Below, piece by piece: positions 11,758 to 23,722 of a stretch of DNA of 64,000 nucleotides. Below the pieces are notes generated by a model, which was not told the origin of the DNA, did no database searches, and worked only from the letters and a program-made list of their open reading frames with translations. Positions within the stretch are counted from its first letter, which is position 1; the number at the start of each line of letters is the position of its first letter. This DNA comes from Octopus sinensis (taxonomy: Eukaryota): contig NC_042998.1 in assembly GCF_006345805.1 (NCBI RefSeq), positions 40,796,001 to 40,860,000 on the forward strand, given 5' to 3'. A program made the translations under genes and the position numbers.

Positions 11758-14322
11758 TTGTCATATTCGTTTAGAGCAAGTTGTTTTACACCTATTACAC
11801 TATTTTCTTTTTGTTTTTGTGCCTGGGTCAGACCCTTTCGGAAATTCACGATGTGAATTTTCCGAGTCCTCTCCCCCACACCCTTTCGCGAGCGCGAAAT
11901 CAAATGTCAATATCTTTAAAACAGCAACCACTTTAACAGTAGCAGTTTCACCATCCCACTACATCTACACATTCAAAGCATCTTGCCAATGGTCCTTCAG
12001 CAACAGCACACCCTGATAAACTAAGTGACTACTACTAAATTCAGGCCACGACAAACAGAGGATGTTCTTGACACAAAGAATTTTTTGAACTTACGGAGAC
12101 AATATTCACATATCGCCTGAGGAAACACAGCTAAATTTCATAATGCAGGGAAACTATAGCATAATCAACTGCACGCCTGGAGAAATACGTTGCGTGGAAA
12201 CAATTGTAGTGACTGAAAAATATATGTCCAACCGTACTCCTTCTTAACTCCAATTTCATCAATTATGCCCAAACGCAAACCTGGAAGTACGTATAATTGG
12301 ATAGCATAGGGTGGGTAAATCTGAAGGTGGACGAGGTTTATACTGTACACAACTACGTTCCTAACACAATATACCATAATTATATATATATATAGCGAGA
12401 GAGATGATGTGTGTGAACAACTCCTTCAATTCGCTGACAATGACTTTTAAAAGTTTATTTGCAAAATTCAACATTCATCGTTTTGAGTGTATTACGCACA
12501 TCATTTTCTGTTTCTAAACTGAAGTCCCATATCAAATGTACAATTTATAATTCTTTCTATTAGAGATAGAAATTGTGGGCAAGCTAACTTGGATGGGGAG
12601 CAGATATTCTTTCGTTTTAAGTGTAGCAAGTGTCAACCTTATACCAGCCGATTTCCCAACACATTTCTCAGTAGTTTAAGCTCCAATTTTGTTTGTTTTT
12701 TTAATATACTTAAATTTTTTACCAGAGTTTGTGTGTGTGTGTCTTCGGCAATTTCTCGCACATTAAAAACATTACCTAACAGGAAAATACATAAAACAAA
12801 TAAAAAAAAAAATTCCGTAGTCTGCCGAGAATGACTTTATGCGCCAGGAAATCAGCCGGCATGGGTTTGGCCCTTATCGTATTTAAAACGGAAGAGAGCC
12901 AAGAGAGCATCTTTCTTATTCGTAGATAGATATTAGATTGTCCAAGATACACTACAAGTTATAAATTACCCTGACAGTTTCCTCGCTACACAAGCATATA
13001 TACTTTGGTAAGTTATAGAATGAACAAATGTGTAAATAAATAAAAATGGGCAGCTCATTTATCAAATACCAGGTGGGTTCCATATGAGTGAAGCTATTAG
13101 AATTCTCATGTCGTTCTCATAATCCTTCAACATAATTGAAAAATATATCAAGTCTTCTCGTATGGATTGTGAAATTGACTGAACCACTAAGCAATTGCTC
13201 TACAAACGATACTTCGAAGTAGAAGTTTACAATAATTAATTTGCATGATGGTGAGAATAAAATCAAATTATTTTGGAAAATATTTCTATAATATTATACA
13301 AATTTCTTAAATTTATATTATAGACATACATGCAAGAAAGAACGTTAACAACTTAGTTTACGTTAGCGAAGGCTTTCAATTACACTAACTTTCGCGTCTT
13401 GAACTGCGTGACGATTATTTAAATATTAGGGATGCCCATAAAAATTTAAATGTATCGATATATAAGATATAGGATGCAGAGCAGGCATGGGCCTTTTTCG
13501 AGAAGTAGGCCACATAATTAAAAAGAAACTGAAGGTAATTTTTCGTTTGATGTGCCAAGGACCACAGCACTTGTTTTCTGGTCAGTTTGAAAACCATTGA
13601 ACTAGTGTCTAGATGAATAGGAGGCTGAAGGAGATACACAAAATAATACATCCCTATAGGGCACCCCGAAATGCGAATGGAAAATATAATAGAAGACAGT
13701 TTTTTTTTTTTTTTTCATATAGAATATATCTTTATGAATACTTGCCGTATGTTATCTATGTCATCTAAACTCTCTTTGACCGAAGTTATAAAAAGTAATG
13801 CTAATACATTATTTCGGAGGGCCAATGAGCGATTCTATTCATAGTGGCTTGGTATGCTACAAATAGCGGCAATATTTTTATTAAATCACAGCCAATTGTT
13901 ATATACATCCGTGGGTTCAAACGAAAGTGCTGCATAATGGAACATCCATGAAACTCTCGTTTCTCTTATGTCTCGCTTCCAGACGGGTCCAGCTGTCAGG
14001 TTCAAGCGCCCTTTATGCGTTTTCTCTATTGGAGAGCTACATAGGTAGCTAACAATTGTTTTATTATTACCCACTAGGGGCGAACATAGAGGGGACAATA
14101 CAATCTGATGTGGGGTCAGATACACGAATGGGGTTACACAAAGATGAGTTTTAAAAATTCAAAAAATACAAATATAAAATCGAATGAAGAACAGACCGGA
14201 AGACATTACGGATGGAGTGGGAGCGGGTTTAGCTCGGACCCCAGGAGCCCCGCCTCCCCACTGATACTTTGGTTTCGTCTAGTTTTACATTTATGTGGTA
14301 TCATCCACTCGCAACTTTCGTG

Positions 14323-17300
14323 CTACATCCTTCCATCGTTCTTCATACACTCTCTTAGGCATTTTCTCTCCAGCCCTATCTTCCTTTTTAGGTGAAAGAT
14401 GAAGTAATTCATCAATCCAGGGCCGAAGATGAACTTACCTGACCGTAAACCTTTCATCCTAGTCTTCCAAATCACCTCTTTCGCAATTACTACTACAACG
14501 AGAAAACAATTCTTACCTTCTTTCGCGAGGAAATCTGGTGGGTCAATTTTTATAATAGACTCAGTCGACAGCTGTACTCTTCGTGTGCTTGACAACAGCT
14601 GTTCGGCATAAACCCACACCTCTGACACGATCGAACAATGAACAATAGCGTGCGAGACAGTTTCCCTATCCCGCTCGCATCTTGGACATATCGGACTGTC
14701 TTGTCCACCGTGCCTTGCGAGTTTATCCAGAACAGGTAGAGCTCCTCTGTAGCACTGCCATGCCAGAGACTTCTGGAAGTTGTCCAGAGTCTTCGGCCCG
14801 AATGTACGTTGGAACAGACTGGCCAGCTGGTTATCGTCGAGACCTAGGGCTTCCCTAAGGTATCTTCACATTCCGCCTCTACCAACCCTCTATAGAAGAA
14901 TGTGGTGGAAGCCCCACCGCAGGCGTTGCCCGAGCGACGGAATAGCAGGAGAGCCTTGCGACACTCCGTGTACCATGTGCCCAGTTTCGATCTACGATTC
15001 AGCCAGGTTTCCCATCCACCGAAACTAGTGAACTTGGGAAACATCAGTTTTGCTAGCGGAGACCACACCCGTTCACCATCCAGGTAGCTCCACAGATGTC
15101 TTAACCTCAGCGCATGTCTGCGCATCATCAGCCAAGGCATCCCTAGTCCACCCTTTAACGGTTGTTGACAGCAAGTAGAGCGTTTCACAAGTGGTTTCCC
15201 GTCCTTCCACAAGAAGTAGAAGAGCTGTCTTTCCAACTTGATCAACCACGAATCAGGGCAAGGAACGACGGATAGGCGGTAGGTGATAACCGATGCTATA
15301 AACACATTGGCTACCTCCGCCCTTCCTTTCAGGGATAGCCACCGCCAAGACCAGGTCTTGGCTGCCGCAGCCACCCTGCTCGGTACCTCACCCCAGTTCT
15401 TTTCTATTTGGAGGTCTGGTCCGAACCAAACCCCTAGCAACTTAATCGGACCCTCCGTCCAACGTCCCACGACGCTGTCAGGAGGCATCGACTTGCCTCT
15501 CCAGGTGCCGAGTTGCAAGCCGACTGACTTTTCACGATTAACCTTTGCTCCTGTCACCGTCTCGTAAACCTCTATGGCCTTGCCTACCCTCTGTAGGTGA
15601 TCCATTTCGGTTACGATGATGGTGATGTCATCCGCGTAAGCTGACACCGATTTTCCACAACCTGGCTGTCTCGGGATGCCGCTCAGTTTTCGCAGTAGTG
15701 GCTCAAGAGCCACCACATACAAAAGCGGGGAGAGCGGACACCCTTGACGAACCGAGCGCTTGATGTTGAACGGCCTCGAAAAGAAGCCGTTCACTCGAAC
15801 TACCGAGTCGATGTTATCATAAATTTGGATAATCCACCTGAGGAAGCCAAGGCCCAGCCCGAACTGTTCCAGGGCAGACACCAGGTAGCGATGGTCGACC
15901 CTATCAAATGCTTTAGATTGGTCTAAATGGACCAGTGCCCCACCCTTGCCAGAATCACTATTAAACCCCTCTATATTGTACCGCATAAGATGGAGATTAT
16001 CCTGAATGGATCTGCCGGGAACGGCACATATCTGTGCCTCCCCGATCAGACCATCCGCGACACGGGCCAATCTTTTCGATAACATTTTGGCCAAAATCTT
16101 CAACTCTGTGTTTAGCAGAGTGATGGGCCTGAAATTATCAATGCACTCCCCCTAGCTCGGGTCCTTTCTGACAAGTGTCACTACTCCCCGGCGCACAGAT
16201 CTGAGTATGAACCCGTTCTGCTGCCAGTTCGCATAGACCTCCGTCAGTAGGTGACCGAACAAGTCTGGCATACTCTTATATAACTCATAGGGTAGACCAT
16301 CCAAACCCGGCGCCTTGCCCACGCCGCAGTCCGCCATCGCCTCAACCACCTCCTCAGGCGTAATTGGCCCCTCACAGCCCTCCGCATCTCGCCCCGATAG
16401 GCGCGGCAGCCCGTCGAGGAGCTCCGTAAAGACCCTTCTTCTATCCAGTCCGCCGCCCCCACCGAAAAGCTGAGCGAAGTGCTCCTGAAAGGCCTCACAC
16501 ATCTCCTCGGGTTCGTTTATCAACTTACCTTGTTGGTTCGTCAAAGATCGAATTGTGGCATCATTACCACGCTGAGCTTCCACCACTCGGGCCCATCTCA
16601 CGGCGTTGATTCTTTCACAACCCATTGCGCGGATCCTAGCCCTCACAATGCAGCCCATGTGTTTGGCTTCAAGGTGCTGGTTTAACACCAGTCTCTTGGC
16701 CGTCACCTGAGCCGCAGAGCCAGTTTTCAAGGCTTCCTCTAATTCCTTAACTAGAGTTAATTCCCTCCTAGCCTCTCTAGCCACTAATCCTATGCTATAT
16801 CTAATTGACTCCAATTTGATGGCTCGCTTGAGGGCATACCACCATTTGTTATTAATGATGGCACCAGATAGCGCCCTCTGAATTATAGTCCTAATCCGGT
16901 CTCTGTACTCCTTAATCGCCAAAAGGGACGTATTAAGTTTCCAATAACCGGAGCCTCTATTTTAAACCTTATCTATGTCAAGCTTACAAGTGACCATTTT
17001 ATGATCACTGTAGCTGACCAGGTAAAACTGTGGACACTTAGCTATTTTTCTGTCTACTTTTCTAATTAGTATCCTATGTATGACCTGGAAGATCCGTCGC
17101 TGCTTGACCATATCCACAATGGAGCGTTCGGAAATTCCAACCTATTAGGATCTGCTAGCTCAAAGCGGCTTAGCAGTTTCAGGAAGCCGATGTTTTTCTA
17201 TCTGGACGCAAGCCAACACAATCTACATCCGCTTTGCAAATTGTGTTAAAGTCTCCTAGCACAACTAATGAATGTGAAGTACCAAGAAACTTCTCCAGCT

Positions 17301-17672
17301 CTCGAAAATAATCACTTTGCCCCTTTTGGTTGGGTGCGTAAATTGCAACCAGTCTGATAACTTTACCGTTACTGAACGTCAAATCCATGACGATCAGCCT
17401 ACCTTCTGGATCTGAAAAAATAAACTTTTTCTCAAAAACCCGGTTTCTTTTTAATAGGACCAACACCCCACCCCCGCCGGTAGGACTGGCCGGAGAGAAA
17501 AAACTCTCGTAGCCGTCAAACAGCGGGAGTAGATTCTTGGCCCCTCTAACCGGGTTTCTGTAGCAACAATAACATCCAAATTACGTGACCTGATATCATT
17601 AAGGAAACGACCTTGCTTCCAGCTTGATCCCAGGCCGCGCACATTTAAACAACCAACATAAATGTAATCCAT
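14323..17672 (-). pseudogene. LINE ORF2 (AP endonuclease - reverse transcriptase - zf-RVT), broken by several frameshifts/stops
   Basis: APE motifs CLNVRGL, VIVATETRL, AIYAPN, LGDFN. RT motifs KAPGLDGLP, LDQSKAFDRVDH, VRQGCPLSPLLY, AYADDIT, LLGVWF. C-terminal AWQCYRGALPV and CPRCERDRETVSHAIVHC. Split across ORFs 17451-17672, 17179-17466, 16152-16922, 14844-16103, 14323-14628. Confidence 0.92.
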
Positions 17673-17680
17673 GGCTTACC

Positions 17681-18283
17681 TTATATCAGTGGTTCGACTT
17701 GTTCTTTTTCACTTTTTTCTTCACTTTTTTTTCTTTTTCCTGGGCTCGCGGGGGAGTCCGACGCAGGCCCTCGTATATATATGGAGATATGTCCAATCTC
17801 AGGGCCCACGTCATGAAAAAATTCGGACTTTATCCGTCCGTAATCCTTCCGGCCTATTCTATAAACAATAAAATCTTTCGTTTTTTTAATTTTTTCCACC
17901 TTTGCCATAGCTGCCAAAACGTTAATTAGCCTGTTGTTGGCTGCCTTAATGGCCATAAATGTATTCGTAGTTTCTTTTCTCTTTTTTTGGCTCTCTTTCT
18001 GAGGGGTGGTTTCTGTTTTCCGTTTTTTCATGGTGATTTTTGACCACCCCTCCTCTTTTTCCTTTTCCTCGCCGCTTGTTGTTTCTGTTGCTTCTTTGTT
18101 TTCTGTTGTTTTCGCTTCTGGTTTTTCTTTTTCTGACGGTGCTGCTTCCTGCGGCCTAGGTTGGCACTCCGCTCTCACGTGCCCCTTTTTACCGCAGCCA
18201 AAACACCTCGGCTTTCTGCCCTCCACAAACACTATCACCCTCTCCTCCTCGCTGATCCTCAATGTCTCTGGAATTTCTTCCAA
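17681..18283 (-). pseudogene. C-terminal part of LINE ORF1 (gag-like zinc knuckle)
   Basis: CFGCGKKGHVRAEC (CX2CX4HX4C) followed by a K/E-rich tail. The ORF track start at 18298 lies inside the TSD, so ORF1 is 5'-truncated. Confidence 0.85.
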
Positions 18284-18663
18284 ATAGGTAGCTAACAATG
18301 GTATTTGTTCCTCCTGCTTCCATGTTCTTGTCGACGCAGTACCAAGACTTTAAAAAGGGACACGTTGAATGAAGTAGTTTTGGGTACATTATACTGAAAA
18401 CAAAGAGAGAAAAATGCAGTTGAGGGGATGGAACGATCACTGCTGAAAAGCTTTTGACTGTATGTCCACATTATCAAAACTAACCCTGGGCTAGACAACA
18501 GTGTAATTGATGTCATAACGAGATGAAACTGTTGTACGTTTACTATGTCTTCATTTATATTCTAACGAGCACGAAGCCAGTAGAATGAACCTAGATAGCA
18601 ATGAGACAAATGGTCTCTACAAAATTTGATCTCACTACCACCACATTTGAAAATACAAAAATA

Positions 18664-18737
18664 CAGTAACCCCTCGACTATCGCAGGTATTACGTTCCAA
18701 ACACCCCGCCATAGGTGAAAATCCGCGAAGTAGAAAC

Positions 18738-18782
<45 letters not shown>

Positions 18783-18922
18783 TATATATATTATATATAG
18801 AGATATATAAAAAATTTTATAGTTTTTATATTTTTATTTTATTATAAATGCAAAACAACACCACGGAGGAATCGACGCAAGCTTAAATAATAGGTGAACC
18901 GCGACATGGCGAAGGATTACTG
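18664..18922. mobile_element. Tigger/pogo-type MITE containing a (TA)n tract
   Basis: TA|CAGTAACCCCTCG ... CGAAGGATTACTG|TA inverted termini with TA TSD. Confidence 0.8.
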
Positions 18923-20339
18923 TAGTTTCAAAAGCCTTGAATTACCCCAAGCTCTACTTAATTACATAGAACCTGTTCTATGACCACATGACCATCAAAT
19001 ATCGGCTGCTAAATGACTTGCAATAAAACAGAGTACACTGAACAGACATGTTAAATATACGTTTGAGACGTGGCTATACTATTCATAAAAAACATGAAAA
19101 CTGACGGAAACAGATCAGTCAACGAAGTTGCTAAGACATTAGTAAATTTTAATACTTATTTTACCTTCTAGTCGTATTGTTTCCATTACTATGTATTTCA
19201 AGAGTAATGTTTGTGATAGTGGTGATATACAAAGTAGGGGAGTGCAAAAACTTTTGGTTTTAAATATTTAAAAAAAAACGAAAGAACGAACTTAGCAAAA
19301 ATCATCTTTAATTGGAAACTCAGCAATGAAACTGAACTCTGAAATAGTCATGCAGTTAACAATCGCTTCTGTATTGACATCGCTCTGCGAGATAACCACA
19401 TTGTTTGCACTGAAATGCAGGAGAGAAAAGGATGCTTGTTGCACATAAGGAAATTAAACTATACAAGATCTTCATACAAGCATATATATTTATATCTATA
19501 ATTCGAAGATTGTCTAGGTAAATTTAACTGTCTGTTTTCTTAATGGCATATCAATTTTGGAGAATTCTGGTTTCTTGAGATTATCTTCCATCCTTATTTA
19601 GAGTTCGTCCAATTGCTACCAAGTGATTGTTCTATCTTTTCCGAAAGCGAAGATAATTTCAATAGATCGAGAATTTATCCTGTATCATATTTAATATGCC
19701 CTTATTGATCTTCTTTTAAATGCACGCTACTGGCCACGCTGAGAGATTTCTCTGCTCACTTTCATTTCATAGTCGTGCACACTATTTGATGACATATTCT
19801 TGGCATAAATATAGGTTATTTTGGGGAAAGCTAATGTAACTATATTTAGATTTTAATGAATACTGAGAACAAAATATCACTCGTTCATTTCCTGACACCT
19901 GAAGAGTGGAGGCCAAAAAAAGACTGAAAGAATAAGCCGCACCCAAGAAATGATTGACAAAATTATAACGAGGAGCGGTTTCGACATCTTAAAAACTATT
20001 TGATAGAACGCTAACACAAGAGGAGGTAGTATGTGCTAAGCTGTTAACAGAACAAAATCAGCAACAATGAAATAAAACATTACATATATGTTCATAAATA
20101 TTTATTTCCTTATAATAGTGTTATCAAGGGCCAATCTACTTGTTAAAGGAATTCTTATAGTTTCTCACCACATACCAAATATGTATCAATGTTCATCTGT
20201 CCTGACTCCCACTGCTTGTGCGACGTGTAGTCAGACAAACTTTTTTTTTCTGTAATCCTGCAAGTTGCTTGAAATTGCTTTAAGTCGTGAAAGTTAACAC
20301 AAATCAGTGAGTTCCTCGACACTATATCATGATCCGTGT

Positions 20340-21030
20340 AACAGTGTGAATAACTGAAAGGTTTGTGGTGCGGATTCGAACCCTAACCGCGAGATACTCG
20401 GTTAGATACCACAGTTTAACGCGATCGGTCTTTAAATCGATCAACCAGCGTAAGGCTGTGGTGTAGTATGGTTTTTCTCGAATGTCCTAAAATTTGACTT
20501 CTTGTCCCGATAAAAACAGTTTTGGCGCTCAATCAATCGTAGATGTCTTGAAGGCGGCTAACTCGCGCGTCTCTAGTTATGCAGACTGCTAACGGTCGCT
20601 AACACCACAGATCGTCGCGAAGATTTGCTCAAATGACTTCGTGTATTTTTGGACTGACCGCATGATATCACACAGATGGCTTTCTATATTTTCAAAGTAG
20701 TTTTCCTCTCCTCTCGGTCGGCAATTAATATTGTTCGCTGTAATTAGCCAGTACCAAATATGTCCGGCAATAAATATCAAGTTAATTGTTCGCTAGTTAG
20801 TTTCAATTATTATTCACGTAGCCAACAATGACATCTACACGTACGCTACAACAATGTTAATAAAGCTATCCATTTCGACAATGGCGACGTTTACTTCTGA
20901 AGTATGTTTTCCTTGACCAGCTCAACACAAGCGACAGCTACCCCTCGCGACAGGATATTTCAGATTAGCGAAGAATGATCTGATGTCAATAGACGTTTGC
21001 TCTAATTTTAATATCTTTTTCTTCGCAGCC
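20340..21030. promoter_or_regulatory. CpG-retaining region, candidate (possibly bidirectional) promoter
   Basis: Visibly higher CpG density than flanks, not attributable to a recognised repeat. YY1-like ATGGCG at 20881. Confidence 0.3.
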
Positions 21031-22658
21031 TTCTACAAGGTTAATTTATTAACTACATATATTCAATTATATGATATAAAATGCCGAAAATTTATAGGTA
21101 TGTTATGGCATGCATACTGTACTCTATAACATCATTAACCTTAGTAAAATGTAATGGCTTCAAATGGGAATCAAAATCAGATTGTTGACGCTGGCGAAAA
21201 TTTATGATAATGCAGGGCTTTCATTTCAGGGTAAAGGAACATTTATAAATGAGCCTCTTTTGCTGATGCATCATCTCCATTTGCTTCCATAAAACGCTTA
21301 CTGGAGACTTAAGGATTTCACATTACTGTTTTGTCGAGATCACAAGTTGTCGGTAAGATGTCAGATATTACATCTAGTTACGATATATTGTCCCCATTAT
21401 ATTTAAATTCTTATAAGTTGAAGAAAAAATGCAGGGTACGAAATGAACTCTTTCTTGTTATGACTCAATTAATACTCTACAACTCAGAGAATATTAATTG
21501 CAAACATCTAGTGATTATGGCGTAGCCGATGGCCAAAGGGGCTTTTCTCTCTGAACTTTCATTCTTTTCCTCGATAAATTTTATTTGCTAAGTCATAACT
21601 CACATTGTGTAGATTGTGTTTCATTATCTATTTGCTTGGCGAATAAGAATCTGAGATATCTTTCTGAAGTCTAAATATATCGAAAAAGTCTTGAAATAAC
21701 CGAGAAACTATTTGTAATAGAAGAATATTCGAAATAACAACCCTTCTCTTAGTTCTAGACAATAGACTTCCTTGCATGATTACAAATCCTGTTGCTTTTG
21801 GTTTAGGTAAAGGTGTTTTTGTTTTATTCATATTTATGTATAATTGTATGTTTGTAAGTTGATCGTCTGAAAGTTTTCATTTTGAACTCTTAGAAGTGAT
21901 TACTATAACACGCATCTCTCTCTCTCGCTTTCACTAAACCGCTAACTTATTCATAACTCATGCGAAGTTTACCTGCTACATATTATTAAAGTTGTTTCAA
22001 GATGCTATTCGATTTTTTGTTGAAACAAAATGTTTTACTATATCTTTAATTTGTTTCCAACCCGGAAGTTTACTTCTAAACACTACACAAAATTCACAAA
22101 GCGACAAGTTTGTAAAGTTGTCATTCATTTACAGCAAGTGAACACATTATAAATGAGGGTGTTTTTAATTCGAAGTTGGTTAAAATGCAAGGAATGGATT
22201 GTGTAGGGATAGAGGTGGAGAGAGTAAGATACTGATGGAGAGAGAAAGAAAAACCGAATAGAGAGATATAGTAGATAAATTTACTTGAATTAACACCCAG
22301 AGAATTACATATAATTTCAGAATGTCAGAAAGCGTAATAATATATGGAAGGAGAGAAAACAAGATTACAAATTTAGATAAAGCTGAAGCGCAAACTATAG
22401 AAAATGAATTATAAGTAAATGCATGGAGAGAAAGACAGGATGAGAAAAGAAGTGTAAATGATAGAAAATGGGAGGGATAATATGGTGACGAAAAGAGAAA
22501 AAAAAACGACAAAGGGAGACAGAAAGTGAATGTGTAGTTGTGTGTGAGAGAAAAACAAATAGAAAGAAAGTAGTTTTATGTTAGAAAACATGCACAATAT
22601 ATGTATGAGTGAGAAGGTGGGTGCGAGAACGTTTAAATGATTGAATGTTGTGAGAATA

Positions 22659-22675
22659 AGTCACATGACTATAAA
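22659..22675 (+). promoter_or_regulatory. M-box/E-box (GTCACATGAC) next to the candidate first exon
   Basis: AGTCACATGACT contains the MITF/TFE/USF-type M-box TCATGTGA on the minus strand, ~15 nt before ATG 22685. An ETS-type CCGGAAGT lies at 22062-22069. Confidence 0.3.
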
Positions 22676-22684
22676 GGCGCCATC

Positions 22685-22703
22685 ATGAAAGTAACAGTGA
22701 AAG
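22685..22703 (+). CDS. Candidate alternative first exon of the dystrophin-like gene (MKVTVK + phase-1 G), or an upstream UTR exon
   Basis: GCCATC-ATG context and consensus donor AAG|GTAAGA at 22704. Same phase as the 41416 exon. Confidence 0.35.
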
Positions 22704-23364
22704 GTAAGAAACCTGTATGATTTACACCTGTCATTTGAAAACGTTAACTCTTGACTTCTCTATGAAAAAATGCTGCTTTCTTGTCAGTGTCTATGGTTTT
22801 AACATGAAATAGTTTTCCTCATTGAGTTTTGATTGTTTTATCGTCACTTTATTGTCATTTAATAACATAAATATTAGCACGTGTTTTGTTTATCGCTTCT
22901 TAGATGAAAGTCACTATGGTGGTTACAACGGGGACCAATATATACAATTATAGTCGCATTTTAAATCAATCTTTTACACTGTGGCCATTATGTTGTCGAT
23001 TGTCTGATAGTCATATCAGCCAGTTTTAATTACTTTATATATAAGAATATTATTTTTACTGCACATCAATACATAATGTTTTTCTCCGCCACCTCCGGAA
23101 ATTTTCTTTATTTGTAAATTATCAGTCACATTAATTTCAAATTTTAAAATTATTTTTTATTTTTTAGAAATCTCCAATTATTTGGTAGTATGTCGAAATT
23201 CCTTTACTACAAAATGTTAAAAAGTTTTTGTTTTTTCATTTTTGTAACTTTTTTTAACTTCTCGATCATAAATGTTATCACTCCTTTATTTGATAGGGAA
23301 AAATTAATTTTGATTACTATGATTTTTAAGCACTAAATTTAATTGCAACGGTGGTTGCAGTTCT

Positions 23365-23722
23365 TTATCTTTCTTTTACTTGTTTCAGTCATTTGACTAT
23401 GGCCATGCTGGAGCACCGCCTTTAGTCGAGCAAATCGACCCCAGGACTTATTCGTTGTAAGCCTATTACTTATTCTATCGGTCTCTTTTGCCGAACCGCT
23501 AAGTTACGGAGACGTAAACACACCAGCATCGGTTGTCAAGCGATGTTGGGGGGACAAACAGACACACATATATACGACGGGTTTCTTTCAGTTTCCCTTT
23601 ACCAAATCCATTCATAAGGCTTTGGTCGACCCGAGGTGCCACTTGCCCAAGGTGCCACGCAGTGAGACTGAACCTGGAACCATGTGGTTGGTAAGCAAGC
23701 TACTTACCACCCAGCTACTCCT
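23365..23722 (-). mobile_element. Near full-length tRNA-derived SINE (octopod-type family)
   Basis: Minus-strand head GGAGTAGCTGGGTGGTAAG (A box), GGTTCAGTCTC (B box), CCTTGGGCAAGTG core and A-rich tail. Many related copies in the window. Confidence 0.85.

Larger units (their letters stand above)
14057..18283 (-). mobile_element. 5'-truncated Tx1/L1-clade non-LTR retrotransposon
   Basis: Contains ORF1 CCHC knuckle, APE, RT and a C-terminal CPRC...H...C finger in order. 3' end ...AATAATAAAACA. Flanked by a perfect 16-bp TSD ATAGGTAGCTAACAAT at 14041-14056 and 18284-18299. Confidence 0.93.

Noticed and set aside
11594-12016. 140-aa ORF as a gag gene after the PBS
   Set aside because: Largely the antisense arm of the inverted duplication; no gag motif.
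14780-18287. Plus-strand ORFs overlapping the LINE
   Set aside because: Antisense shadows of the GC-rich LINE ORFs.
20360-20430. tRNA-like GGTTCGAATCC on the minus strand
   Set aside because: No cloverleaf or clear A box could be built; at most a decayed SINE head.
22670-22675. TATAAA as core promoter of the 22685 exon
   Set aside because: A TSS ~30 nt downstream would fall almost on the splice donor and past the ATG.
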